From an uncultured Gammaproteobacteria bacterium (GTDB lineage Bacteria; Patescibacteriota; Patescibacteriia; Magasanikbacterales; GWA2-37-8), in contig CAZINT010000004.1 of NCBI GenBank assembly GCA_964540825.1, forward strand, positions 88,835 through 152,834: 64,000 nucleotides of DNA, in the 5' to 3' direction. The translations under genes and the position numbers were made by a program. This document shows, piece after piece, positions 29,901-39,329 of the stretch. A model generated the notes under the pieces. The model ran no database searches. It was not told the origin of the DNA and worked only from the letters and a program-made list of their open reading frames with translations. The first letter of the stretch is position 1; each line of letters opens with the position of its first letter.

Positions 29901-32371
29901 TTTACAAAATTAAAATCCCCACCATCCTTATAAAATACAAGCGGCAACTTATCAGTACCAACTACCAAAGAAATTATTTGCTCACCGGAAAAGCTCATGG
30001 AAGCATCAAGTGTGCGCGTAACAAAAGCTGCGGCCGTATAGGTTGGAATTGTAGTAGGCAAAAGATTACCCGCAAATTGAATCGAACCTGAGGATGAAAT
30101 ATTTCCGTTACTGTCAATATAAAATTTACCCTGGTTACTGCCAGCCGCCTGTCCTAAGACCAAACTACTGCTATCTAAAGTGGAGGTTGTAACACCGTTC
30201 GAAACCACCACTCCGCTTTGGACATTCAAATACCTCCACCTTGTCGACGAGGCACCCAAATCATACAGATTATTGATTGAAGGGACGATATCCCCTGCCA
30301 CTGTAGTTGTTGCCAAAGTTGTAGTCGCAGCAAATGTATTTAAGCCAATAAATGTTTGATCCGCACTTAGCGACGCTCCAGCACCCGCACACCCCGTACA
30401 GTTGGTTACCGTTAAGCTGGTAATTGTCGCCGTGTTGGCAAAAAGCGAGGTGATGTTGCCGCTTTCAATGGTCGAGCTTGCAGCGGTTGTAGTTACAAAC
30501 GTTGAGGTTGCGCTCACACCCAAGGTACCGCTGACCGACAATTTAAACCCCGGATCAACCGTACCGATTCCGACCGATCCACCAAGGATTCCGAGTACAT
30601 TGCTCCGACTAATAGTCCCGCCTGTTCCAAGCCCTATGCCAAACGACCCACTTCCATTTACCACCATGCTTGTACCAAATGCCAGACTATTATTCCCCGC
30701 GACTGCGTTCGACTGACCGGCTGCAAAGCTGTACGATCCGTTGACTGTATTTGATTCGCCAAATGCGCCTGACCAATTTCCTCCAACCGAGTTTCCTTGT
30801 CCATAACCAAATGAATACTGACCGTTAACGGTATTATTAAAGCCGCCAGCAAAAGAGCCTTGATCGCCCGCAGTGTTACCATTGCCAAACGCAGCAGCAA
30901 AATTACCGCTAACCGTATTGCTTCGCCCAAAAGCAAATGCGCCGTTTCCGCCGCTTACTGTATTACCAAAACCACCCGCAAAACCGTAGTCTGCACTGAC
31001 CTGGTTATTAAAACCAAAAGCAGCCGAATTAGTGCCGATATTTGCCGCGTCCCACTGCGCGGCATTCACCGATCCGGCTCTAAACGCACTTTTGTTCGGT
31101 ATCCACATGAGCCGCGTTCCCGCTCCTTCATACGGGGTGCCACCAACAGTTCCAACAGCTAAAATACTTCCATCTTGGATGGTAAGCGCAGCGAGTGGCG
31201 ACGAGGTGGCTATTCCTACGGCGGTTGCAAAAGTGCTGGTAGCAACAAATGAAGCCGGACCACTAACTGCTAAGGTGGAAGAAGCGTTCAAAGCACCTGT
31301 TACTGTAAAAGTGCTTGTTACAGTTGACGAAGCAGCGATAAAACCACCATTTAAAATGGACAAACCAGTGTTAGTAAGAGTTCCGCTCAGGCTGAGGGAA
31401 TTTAGCCCGGTGATATTGTTGCCGCCAAAAGCAACACTTCCGGTCAAAGTGCCGCCAGCAAGGGCCAAATAATTGCTTGCCGTAATCGTGTCTTGAACCA
31501 TTGCGTCTGTAATCGAATTGTTTGGCAAGGTAATCGTACCATTTACTCGTAGGTCGGTAATATTTGCCGTTCCCGCTGTTGAACTAGCGATTGTTGTGGT
31601 GGTAAACGTGGTTGTCGCCGAAAAAGCATTGAGCCCGGTAAAGCTTTGGTTGTTCGCCAAAAATGCTAGCACCCCAGTTCCTGAAATACTCCCAAGCGGC
31701 AGCGTGAGGCCGCTAATGGTCCCGCTCAGATTTAAATCTCTAATATTAGCAGTCGTAATTGTAGTGCTTGCTATAGTTGATGATGAAAAAGTACTGGTTC
31801 CCGAGACAAATATGTTAGTACTGCTGATAGTATTAAATTGAAAATTTCCTTGACTATCCGAAACTGGAATATACGCTGAGCTTGAAACAGTTTTTGCTCC
31901 AAATCCACCAAGATACAAACTGTTTAGGGCATACGGGGCAGCTGTAATTTGCTTACGCGGTGTCAAAACCTCTGCGCCAATAGTTATCTCTAAATACACA
32001 CTTCCGTTATCTCTAAAAATTTCTGTGCTCAGCGGATTTGTCCCCGTATCACCAAAATTAACACTAAATATACCGCTTGAGGGTGTAACACTTATTGCCG
32101 CCGGGGTACCGAGCGTTCCGCCAGCTGTATAGAGCGCATTGCCTGCGGTAGGCGCGTCGTACAAAACAAACGTCATGTTCGTCGCCGTGCTGATTGGCAC
32201 ATTGGCACTACTCAAGAGCTTTCCCTGGTAGGTTATCATTGACGGCGGATTGGCCGCACGAACTGTTGATAAAGCCCACAAAAACGAACTGGCAAAAAAT
32301 AAAAACAGGCCGACGAGAAAAAATATCCGGCTTTTTGAAGCTGAGTCTTTATATTTCTGCAAAACCTCCAT
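26909..32371 (-). CDS. Giant surface adhesin/tailspike-like protein, paralog of 20046-26828
   Basis: Same domain order; DVAEDY..GIVSTEPG..LSGRVP and DLAERV..MVGRVP; long near-identical peptide blocks. Confidence 0.75.
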   Translation of the reverse strand: MEVLQKYKDSASKSRIFFLVGLFLFFASSFLWALSTVRAANPPSMITYQGKLLSSANVPISTATNMTFVLYDAPTAGNALYTAGGTLGTPAAISVTPSSGIFSVNFGDTGTNPLSTEIFRDNGSVYLEITIGAEVLTPRKQITAAPYALNSLYLGGFGAKTVSSSAYIPVSDSQGNFQFNTISSTNIFVSGTSTFSSSTIASTTITTANIRDLNLSGTISGLTLPLGSISGTGVLAFLANNQSFTGLNAFSATTTFTTTTIASSTAGTANITDLRVNGTITLPNNSITDAMVQDTITASNYLALAGGTLTGSVAFGGNNITGLNSLSLSGTLTNTGLSILNGGFIAASSTVTSTFTVTGALNASSTLAVSGPASFVATSTFATAVGIATSSPLAALTIQDGSILAVGTVGGTPYEGAGTRLMWIPNKSAFRAGSVNAAQWDAANIGTNSAAFGFNNQVSADYGFAGGFGNTVSGGNGAFAFGRSNTVSGNFAAAFGNGNTAGDQGSFAGGFNNTVNGQYSFGYGQGNSVGGNWSGAFGESNTVNGSYSFAAGQSNAVAGNNSLAFGTSMVVNGSGSFGIGLGTGGTISRSNVLGILGGSVGIGTVDPGFKLSVSGTLGVSATSTFVTTTAASSTIESGNITSLFANTATITSLTVTNCTGCAGAGASLSADQTFIGLNTFAATTTLATTTVAGDIVPSINNLYDLGASSTRWRYLNVQSGVVVSNGVTTSTLDSSSLVLGQAAGSNQGKFYIDSNGNISSSGSIQFAGNLLPTTIPTYTAAAFVTRTLDASMSFSGEQIISLVVGTDKLPLVFYKDGGDFNFVKCADVTCATIATQNTLFGGDAGGNDVSAVVGSDGFPAVAIYDSFRQRINFYHCTNLDCSSRDIVSIGNSFVNFGGSYLSLAVGKDGLPAIAYYDDANADVRFIHCLDLSCNTRTDTGVDTSGSNVGQQVTLAIPTDGRPVMAYYNATNDSVVFARCGEPSCTVTSKIFITTLDTTGDPGRFISMTIGNDNFPVISYRESFFNRFLIFKCNAADCTSGSAAGQEVDSNVPFPGFYNSIKVGVDGRVITVYQSATTTFKLFAYTCGEANCNYGSTSTLLDGASATGYGNSLAIGADGLPIVAYYGNSKLNFLRCADIDCIATSTQVVSGGQNLGSAGAYFNNVFANQFLGKRFQVAAFDVAEDYPTSDPTLGAGDVVAFDPERPGYVRRAVAADEVIGIVSTEPGLLLSEWKNSSSGGFHVPVALSGRVPVKVNSSHGDIHVGDRLELSDTPGTAARATGKRTVAIAMDNFVSSTTGVITAFVNLDSGSSGNIYQGLTVNSTDHSITFGTSTEPYSVVLNGDLSVVDPSIVKVSFSTTTLLAANVQDFENAKAFILNAPNFAPTSTSDRILFSLRSNNTPVFSVAANGDVNTVGNYYGASATFGSSTNPGDLAERVDIASDDTAEAGDVMIVDPNSPDTYRRSSTSYDSAVAGVISSNPTIVVGKGKTDYTANLAMVGRVPVKVVNENGSIQRGDLLVASSRPGYAMKYDPTLDVSSKVVGIIGIALDPLTAEQGKIAALIRTGWVYSQTKTLTDLQATVDSLAGTNSENLSANVETMSVTSEEGRITLAKDLSLGGRALLAVGRVQGVNNAWEIDEQGNARVKKLTADQVVTKQLVITPNSDQSKTTIGQATINNGESSVRVENSLFTTSTKIFVTFVNNPKHFWWVSNKEAGAFTIMLDTPAEEDVAFDYWLVPTTPVDNLITPPSEAMPAPEAPSDFSKNADEDSGAVTSTVESMDSANFSTQNPEITSGPSPESTSTVLNVAASSTPADASASNP

Positions 32372-32484
32372 AGGCTTGTTTCAAAATAGGCTGTTGTTCA
32401 CCTATTTTTCCTTACTATAAGTATACCACTAATTACAGTAAAATTAAATAAAAATAACTACCGCCTATCCACGCCTCCTGCTTT

Positions 32485-32524
32485 AAAAAATAACGACCGG
32501 TTATTTAAGCCGGTCGTTATTTTA
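32485..32524. terminator. Intrinsic terminator
   Basis: aaaaaataacgaccgg-ttatttaag-ccggtcgttatttt downstream of 32548-35460. Confidence 0.7.
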
Positions 32525-32547
32525 TAAAGTATACGTAGTGCTGCTTT

Positions 32548-35460
32548 TTAACGAGGTTTTTCCTCAGTTGGCGTACTGGCAGCATTTTCGGAATTATTTT
32601 TTTTAACGAGCCCCACATTAGATCCGATTGTTGCCACTTCTGTACCGCTCAGATCAATCACGTTAGTCTTAGCCGGCTGGTATTCCTTGTGGTCGTACGT
32701 GACATAATACCGGTTATCTCCGGCCAAGAAATAATATCGACCTCGGGAGTCAGTTATCTGTGTTGAAACGAGTTTGTTGAACTGTGAACTAAATAAACGT
32801 GCTACAGCCCGAGCAACCGGTGTTCGAGACTTTGCGTCATAGACAATACCCCAGCTCTTTGGTTTTGGCGGCAAAGCCAGGCGCCTAAAGACAAAAAACA
32901 TTACCACGTGCCCCGCCAAAAGCGCTGCAACATACCACTTAGGAGTTATGTAGAGGGAAACTGCTGTAACGGCCAATCCAAACCACGACAGTGCAACTTG
33001 AATTTTTTTACCCATCTTTTCCCAAATCAAACGACGCGGAGTCTTGTTTTCGCCAGTCGGATCAAGCGGAATATTGGCGGTAATAATTGGGTCCTTTTCT
33101 TTAATGACCACTGGCTCACCGTGGTAAATATCTGCCTTTTTACCATCGGTGGCAAAACCGCGCAACAAAACAGATGGAAAAACCATTTTTTCCTTTGAAA
33201 CCTCCAGGCGGTACTTGCCTGGATTAACGGTAAAATAATAGCGGCCGTTCTTGTCGGTGACACGCGACTGAATAACTTTTCCCGTTTCAAAATCAACGAG
33301 ACGTATAATAGCAAGATCTACCGGCAACTTGCTGAGTGAATTATATACCTGGCCCCATCCTTGGCGCTTTTTGCGACCAAGCAATAAAACTGGCTGTAAA
33401 AATAACAGCCGAAGAAGCGGCAGTAAATCAACCCACGAAATTAACGGGGCCGCACTTACCGCGATAATACCGGCGGCAGCAGGAGCAACGACCGTGCCAG
33501 CTGCCTGCTGCACCTGAGGGTTATCGGCTAAATTCTGAAGCACCTTAGTAACAGCTTGCGATTTGGCTGCTAAATTTTGCGCGACATTCTTAATGTTTTC
33601 ACCAAGCGGCTTTTTTAAATCAATAACTTCAGCCAGTGTCGGCGGTATCGTAATAAGCGTTACTGATGGAGCAAAAATGTTATTCGTCACTACTTCAAGC
33701 GGCACGCTATAGTCGTATCGCCCCGCTGCCGAAATTTTGGCATAGTATCGGCCGTTTGGCACAACCCAACCAAACATACCTTGCTCGTTGGCTGTTTGAG
33801 GATTTACTTGGGCATAACGATCAAGAGCAACTGCATCGCCGCTTTCAGACAAGAGTGTAATTTTAGCCCCAGGAACAGGGGCTTTTTTATCGCCCAGGAC
33901 TTGGCCGAAGGGACGGCTATCAAGCGTAAACGCAACGGTATCCACTTGTCCAGCACCATAATCAATCTTCACATAGGCCTGATGTACACCAACATTTGGA
34001 AAAATAAAATCCGTATAATACTTTTTATCTCCTTCATTATATGAAAGAAAGTGTTCATTTGTGCCATCAACAACCACAGCGATTCCGATCGGTTTTTGAC
34101 CCAAAACTGCCGAATTTATAGCGGTTGTAAAAGTAAACCCGGTTATATTCGTGACAGCTCCGCTGAGCAGGGTGAGCTGCACAGTCCGATTGGCTGCCGA
34201 AAATATTAGTGCGTCAGCAGTAATTTTCAAAAAACTTGGTACTGTCGAGGTAGGTACTACCACCGTCGGCTCCTCCGGAGTTGGCAGCGTAGGTGTCGAG
34301 GTTGGCGTCGGCACTTGGCAGCTGCTCGCCAGTGAGCAGACGGTATCAGCGCAGTCTATCAGACCATCAGCATTGTCATCGATTCCATTACTACACATTT
34401 CCTGGCCGACCAGTGCTGGGAGCTCTGCGCTTCCTGAGACGCCTGAGCTAAAATTATTGGATGTATCAAAAGAAAAAAGTGTATAAAAATATTGCACGTT
34501 TGTCGCGAGCCCCGTATCAACAAACAGTTGACCTTTGCCGCTATAAACTTCAAGTCCGTCGGTAATCGATCGGGGTGCGCTGCCAGTTTTACGAATAATT
34601 TTTACCCCCTCAAAATCTGGGGCGACCATCTCGGTTGGATTTTCCCAGCTGAGCACAATTTTTCCATCTGTCGCTATAACTTTAAGATTACTTACGTCAG
34701 GCGGCGGCACTACTTTTTTAAGAGTGGTAAACGTCCCATCGCCACTATTAGTACTGTTACCATTTGCATCGGTCGCAATAACTCTAAAGTGATAGATGGT
34801 GTTCGCTGTCAGACCAACTAAAACAATTTTATGCTTAACAACGGAGCTAGCGTCTGTAGCTAAACTGCCATAGCCAGCCGTTATACCATATTGTACTTGA
34901 CTATCAGAGGCTTCATCTGTATCCCATGTTATTGTGGCAGTAGTTTCACCAGGAACAACCGCTACATTAGTTAGTGCGGGGGGTGTTGTATCGGTTTCTG
35001 ATTTTGTTTTGAAAGAACCGGCCGACTCGGTAGTGTGGTTAGCGGTATCGGTTACACTGATTTTATAAAAATAGAGGGTGTCTGTTGCAAGCCCTGACAA
35101 AGAAACTTGGTATGCGCCCGTAATGCTTCCAGTCATTCCATATGCAGCACTTGTTCCATAGACAAAACTACTCATGCTTATTCCTTTGTCGTCGCTGGCT
35201 GACCAGGTAACACGAGCACTCGTAAAATCAACTGTTGCGTTTACACCCGCGATCACGGGCGGGTTATCCATCTCAGGCGGCGGCGTGTCGGTAGTCCCAC
35301 CACCACCGCCACCTCCGCCGCCGCCGTTATTAGTTTGATTTGGAACCGTCGCTCCAACCGTAATAGCGCCAGACTGAGTTTCAGCAAAAACAACCTGAAC
35401 CATAGCTTGTGAGGCAAGCAGTGCGCAGACCAAAATAAAAACCAAAATTTTACGCCACAT
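32548..35460 (-). CDS. Surface protein with fibronectin type III-like and carboxypeptidase-regulatory-like domains
   Basis: Signal peptide, ATITWDTDEASDSQVQYG..YHFRV repeats, CSNGIDDNADGLIDCAD motif, TDKNGRYYF/TDSRGRYYF domains, TM segments. Confidence 0.75.
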   Translation of the reverse strand: MWRKILVFILVCALLASQAMVQVVFAETQSGAITVGATVPNQTNNGGGGGGGGGGTTDTPPPEMDNPPVIAGVNATVDFTSARVTWSASDDKGISMSSFVYGTSAAYGMTGSITGAYQVSLSGLATDTLYFYKISVTDTANHTTESAGSFKTKSETDTTPPALTNVAVVPGETTATITWDTDEASDSQVQYGITAGYGSLATDASSVVKHKIVLVGLTANTIYHFRVIATDANGNSTNSGDGTFTTLKKVVPPPDVSNLKVIATDGKIVLSWENPTEMVAPDFEGVKIIRKTGSAPRSITDGLEVYSGKGQLFVDTGLATNVQYFYTLFSFDTSNNFSSGVSGSAELPALVGQEMCSNGIDDNADGLIDCADTVCSLASSCQVPTPTSTPTLPTPEEPTVVVPTSTVPSFLKITADALIFSAANRTVQLTLLSGAVTNITGFTFTTAINSAVLGQKPIGIAVVVDGTNEHFLSYNEGDKKYYTDFIFPNVGVHQAYVKIDYGAGQVDTVAFTLDSRPFGQVLGDKKAPVPGAKITLLSESGDAVALDRYAQVNPQTANEQGMFGWVVPNGRYYAKISAAGRYDYSVPLEVVTNNIFAPSVTLITIPPTLAEVIDLKKPLGENIKNVAQNLAAKSQAVTKVLQNLADNPQVQQAAGTVVAPAAAGIIAVSAAPLISWVDLLPLLRLLFLQPVLLLGRKKRQGWGQVYNSLSKLPVDLAIIRLVDFETGKVIQSRVTDKNGRYYFTVNPGKYRLEVSKEKMVFPSVLLRGFATDGKKADIYHGEPVVIKEKDPIITANIPLDPTGENKTPRRLIWEKMGKKIQVALSWFGLAVTAVSLYITPKWYVAALLAGHVVMFFVFRRLALPPKPKSWGIVYDAKSRTPVARAVARLFSSQFNKLVSTQITDSRGRYYFLAGDNRYYVTYDHKEYQPAKTNVIDLSGTEVATIGSNVGLVKKNNSENAASTPTEEKPR

Positions 35461-36379
35461 ATTTTTTTACGATGCTTCTTTGGCGAAGACGCCTAATAAA
35501 CCAAGCAATACTAACTAAAATCAGGACTGCAACGGCTAGACTCCAATATGAAAAATACCAAAATGATGTTTCACTGATAGCAACCTGCCCTGTTTTACCA
35601 TACGTAACCTGCACGGACATTTTATAAAGCCCCGGCCAGAAGAGTTTAGCGCATACCGTTCCTTCAACTGCACAAGTGTCTTTTTTAGTTGCTGTTATTT
35701 TTTCAACCACTAAACGCTCTGATTGCGGCAGCACCTGATTACCGAGCGAAATGTCTTTTGCGTCAATTTCTTTTCCACCCAGCGAGCGAACAGTCACCCT
35801 GCCCCGGAGCGGAACTTCTATGGTACCGACATTTTGAATTCGTATTTTGGCATCAAAAGGTTTGGCGCCAAAGACTACAGGGTGCGGCACATCGGCCGAT
35901 ACTGTTACCGACTCCGTTACAACACCAGCCACTTGAATAGACAGGAGGCTGATTAAGCGCGGCGTTAAAACAGCGGTACCTGTCGAATCTGGCCGGGACT
36001 CAACAACCAGCCCTACCCAGTGTGAACCGGGCAACGCTCCACGAGGAACACTTATTTTAAAAGCAGCGGTCGCTTGTTTGCCGGGTGCAAGCACGATAGG
36101 CTCAGGCGCCGGTACCACCCATTTTTCTGCATCATCAAGACCACTGCCAAAAATTGGCTTGCCCGTCGGATCTTGCTGTAAACCAGTTACTAAAAGCTGC
36201 AACCGAACAGTGCTGGCATCATTGTTCGTAACGGTGACTTTTAAATCTTGGGTTGTGCCTGGGTCAATCGTAATAATTCGACGAGCCGGACTGAGCGTCA
36301 ACGCCGCGGCGCTAGAAACGTTTGCAAAAAAAACCACCAACAGCGCCGCCAAAAAAGTTGTACCTAAAAATCGCTTCAT
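35450..36379 (-). CDS. DUF916/WxL-interacting-like secreted protein with C-terminal membrane anchor
   Basis: Signal peptide, LTLSPA..IDPG, ISVPRGALPGSHW, IQNVGTI, C-terminal TM plus basic tail. Confidence 0.6.
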   Translation of the reverse strand: MKRFLGTTFLAALLVVFFANVSSAAALTLSPARRIITIDPGTTQDLKVTVTNNDASTVRLQLLVTGLQQDPTGKPIFGSGLDDAEKWVVPAPEPIVLAPGKQATAAFKISVPRGALPGSHWVGLVVESRPDSTGTAVLTPRLISLLSIQVAGVVTESVTVSADVPHPVVFGAKPFDAKIRIQNVGTIEVPLRGRVTVRSLGGKEIDAKDISLGNQVLPQSERLVVEKITATKKDTCAVEGTVCAKLFWPGLYKMSVQVTYGKTGQVAISETSFWYFSYWSLAVAVLILVSIAWFIRRLRQRSIVKKYVA

Positions 36380-36384
36380 ACTAT

Positions 36385-37014
36385 TTAAGGATTACTACTC
36401 GCGCTCAGCGTAATGTTCTGACTATACGTGGCTGCTGCAGAAGCGCTTGAAATTGATGCCTTGAAGGTGAGGGTTGTGGCGCTTCCAGTGATTGCCGATG
36501 CCTTTGTTGCCAGATTGAGCCCGTTCGTTACGGCGACATCAGTCGTAATTAAACGCTCGTTACCCGTGGTGGTTAAACCGTATTCTTCAGATCCGGCCGT
36601 AACCATACCATCTGCTACTGGTGTAAGGCTTGTTCCTGTTACCGCGCCAACTGAAAGAGTGTACCCTGTCGGTACATCGGTTGTTACAGTCGCAACTGTG
36701 GATGCAGTATTTACTGCGGCAGTGCTCAACGTGCCGAGATCGAGCGAAGCGTTTGTAATTGACAGACTGATTTGCCCTGAATCAGTGGTCTGAAAGCCCC
36801 CCATAACCCTATAACTCGTGCTACTCGCTATACCAACAGATACGCCGGAAATGCTGTCCTGGAGACCAAATGAGGTGCTCGTGCTTAAACCGCCACCAAC
36901 CCCAATTGTATCTGAGATAATCTGAAAATTGGTCGACGACATAAATGCCGACGAACGAAGCGGATAGAGCACCAGAACTACCCCGGCGAGAAATAGAAAA
37001 ATCTTAGAATGCAT
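36385..37014 (-). CDS. Secreted Ser/Thr-rich protein (WxL-like)
   Basis: Signal peptide, MSSTNFQI, GSEEYG, terminal YSQNITLSA strand. Confidence 0.55.
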   Translation of the reverse strand: MHSKIFLFLAGVVLVLYPLRSSAFMSSTNFQIISDTIGVGGGLSTSTSFGLQDSISGVSVGIASSTSYRVMGGFQTTDSGQISLSITNASLDLGTLSTAAVNTASTVATVTTDVPTGYTLSVGAVTGTSLTPVADGMVTAGSEEYGLTTTGNERLITTDVAVTNGLNLATKASAITGSATTLTFKASISSASAAATYSQNITLSASSNP

Positions 37015-37040
37015 ACACGCGTTCGCTCATGAATAAATCT

Positions 37041-39329
37041 TTATTTAACAAGCGCTTTAATCTTAGCGGCCACGTCTTTATTATCCGGATTCAAATCTTT
37101 AACACGGTAATAGTACTGAAGCGCCACTGTTTTTTGACCTTTGGTCTCATATGCAAGCCCAAGACTGTAAAGCGCATTAGAATAATTGGGCTGCAGGCGC
37201 ACTGCTTCAAGCCATAATTTTTCCGCCTCAGCACGATCGGTTCCTTGATTACGGTTATACAAGAGCCGTCCGTAGTTAAAAATAATTTCAACATTTTGCG
37301 GTGACTGGGCTAGAGCGTCTTTATAGGTTTCAACCGCCTTATCAATTTTTCCCGACTGTTCGTAGGCATTAGCCAGTTGTGTTTGGGCGCCCAAATAGTC
37401 ACTCTTTAAATAGAGCGCGTCATTATATTGTTTAATTGCCTCATCAAAATTACCGCTGAGCGCGTAATTATTTCCTAAGCGCCAGGCGAGCACGGGATTT
37501 GTTGGTTCATGCTTTTCGGCTTCAATCAAAGATTTTATTGCCCATTCGCGCGCCTCGGGAATAAGTGTGGCCGCGTTTTCATACATTGTGGCCAAATTTT
37601 CCCAGGTTGCCACCGAATTTGGTTTAAGGTCACTCGCACGGCGCGCTTCATTAACTGCGCTGGCCATAAAGGTGCTTACCTTGGCAACATCCGGTTTGAA
37701 CGTACGGCTTTCAGCTACTGCTTCAAGTAAATAAATTTGAGCGAGTGCCGTATGATACACTTCCGAATCATCACGCAGTGCCAAAGATTTTTTTATGAGC
37801 GCTTCGGCATCGGCATAGCGTGTGGTTGAAAGTGCTTGGGCATAATACACGTCAGCGACATACAGACGAGCACCCCACACTCCAAAAAGAGCGATGCCAG
37901 CCATGACAACAATCATGATAAATGAGAACGACAAATTATACTCCGGAGTGTTTGCAATCGTCATTCGCTTGGTGGTAGTCAGCCGCGGCTGGATGAACAA
38001 AAGACCCGTTATAGCGAGACCCATCAGTGTCCACCAGAGCCACCATAAAACCGGACCAAAGAAAATGACCGCCGAACCAATAGTTAAGGCAACCCAACCG
38101 ATAACAACCAAAAATGTTTCCCAGTGGACTACGAGGCCGCGAGTTTTTTCAATCATTGCATTAATGCTCGAAACACCGCCTTCAAGACGAATACGAAGCC
38201 ATCCCGATAATGACTGGCCCACAAACGTAACTGCCAAAAATGCTAACACCAGCATAAAGATAATGCCGCCCTCAGCCAATAGTCCAAGCAGTGTAGAAAA
38301 AGGTGAATTGAACCGGATAGTCCAGGCCAATGCATCAGCATTAAAATCACGCGATCTAAATTGCGAAAAATCAGTCGTAAAGGTACCTGGACCGCTCCCA
38401 AGGAATAAATTCTTGGCACCTGAAACAAGTGTTTGAGAAGAAATAATCCACGATGACTTGAAACTCAGAATCGTTTCAATCGGCAATACATATTGAAACG
38501 AACGAGGTGTGTCAAAGAAAATAAAAATTACTACTAATACCAAAACCGCAAACAAAACCGACAGGGCAGATAAACGAGCTTCACGAATAAAGCCAATTCC
38601 TAAAAGGAGCAGTAAAACGAGCGCAGCCAAAAGGACCCACCAAATTAATTTAAAGCTGAGAAGTATTAAACCGATAAATGCGAGTACTGCAGCCACTCCA
38701 TATAAAAGCCCACCAACAACACCAATATTCTTTTTAATAAGCTGTCCAGCAGCCAGAATAAAAATGACCACCAGCCAAATACCAAAGGTTCCATTAAAGC
38801 CTTCGATCGTATTAGAAATTGTTGTGTAGCCCGTTAGCCAATTAAAGATATCTACGTTAAAAGCAGCTTTAAGCACAAAAAGTCCTGACGTTACCGCACC
38901 AATGGCAACCAGCACATTAAAAAGAAGCATCCAGCGGCGTGGGCTCGTAATAACCTGAACGACTAGAAAATAAAATAAGGCCAAGAAGCCCAGGTACAAG
39001 ACACTCAGTCCAAAATAGTCATTGCGACCCAGTAAACTCTCACGCAACATTCCTGAAAAAAGTGCCGATACTAGCGCGCTTACAAACAACCCTACGACCG
39101 GTATATCAAGCGGCGAACGGCGAAAAGAAATTTGTTTGGAAAGCACGGCGCGCGCAGCAATAATGAGGAGACCCGTGAGCACCAGCCCCACCAACAAAAT
39201 TGTTTTGGGCAAAATGTAAAAATTTACCAATCGCGTATCGATCGCGAGCGGCAGTACAACAGCGGTTAGCAAAACGACAAAAAATAAGGCGTATTCTAAC
39301 CACCCCAGAAGGCGATGTTGGCTGACCAT
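37041..39329 (-). CDS. Polytopic membrane protein (O-antigen ligase-like) with C-terminal TPR repeats
   Basis: About 12 TMs, LFLGSGPGTF..LLAEGGI periplasmic motif, TPRs (LGNNYALSGNFDEAIKQY, YSLGLAYETKG). Confidence 0.75.
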   Translation of the reverse strand: MVSQHRLLGWLEYALFFVVLLTAVVLPLAIDTRLVNFYILPKTILLVGLVLTGLLIIAARAVLSKQISFRRSPLDIPVVGLFVSALVSALFSGMLRESLLGRNDYFGLSVLYLGFLALFYFLVVQVITSPRRWMLLFNVLVAIGAVTSGLFVLKAAFNVDIFNWLTGYTTISNTIEGFNGTFGIWLVVIFILAAGQLIKKNIGVVGGLLYGVAAVLAFIGLILLSFKLIWWVLLAALVLLLLLGIGFIREARLSALSVLFAVLVLVVIFIFFDTPRSFQYVLPIETILSFKSSWIISSQTLVSGAKNLFLGSGPGTFTTDFSQFRSRDFNADALAWTIRFNSPFSTLLGLLAEGGIIFMLVLAFLAVTFVGQSLSGWLRIRLEGGVSSINAMIEKTRGLVVHWETFLVVIGWVALTIGSAVIFFGPVLWWLWWTLMGLAITGLLFIQPRLTTTKRMTIANTPEYNLSFSFIMIVVMAGIALFGVWGARLYVADVYYAQALSTTRYADAEALIKKSLALRDDSEVYHTALAQIYLLEAVAESRTFKPDVAKVSTFMASAVNEARRASDLKPNSVATWENLATMYENAATLIPEAREWAIKSLIEAEKHEPTNPVLAWRLGNNYALSGNFDEAIKQYNDALYLKSDYLGAQTQLANAYEQSGKIDKAVETYKDALAQSPQNVEIIFNYGRLLYNRNQGTDRAEAEKLWLEAVRLQPNYSNALYSLGLAYETKGQKTVALQYYYRVKDLNPDNKDVAAKIKALVK

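Noticed and set aside
20046-32371. Prophage tail region or DGR target
   Set aside because: The proteins have N-terminal membrane anchors, there are no neighbouring phage structural genes, and no reverse transcriptase or adenine-specific TR/VR pair was seen
20850-34821. Many plus-strand ORFs inside the giant surface-protein genes
   Set aside because: Antisense frames of repetitive Thr/Ser/Gly coding sequence; no independent signals
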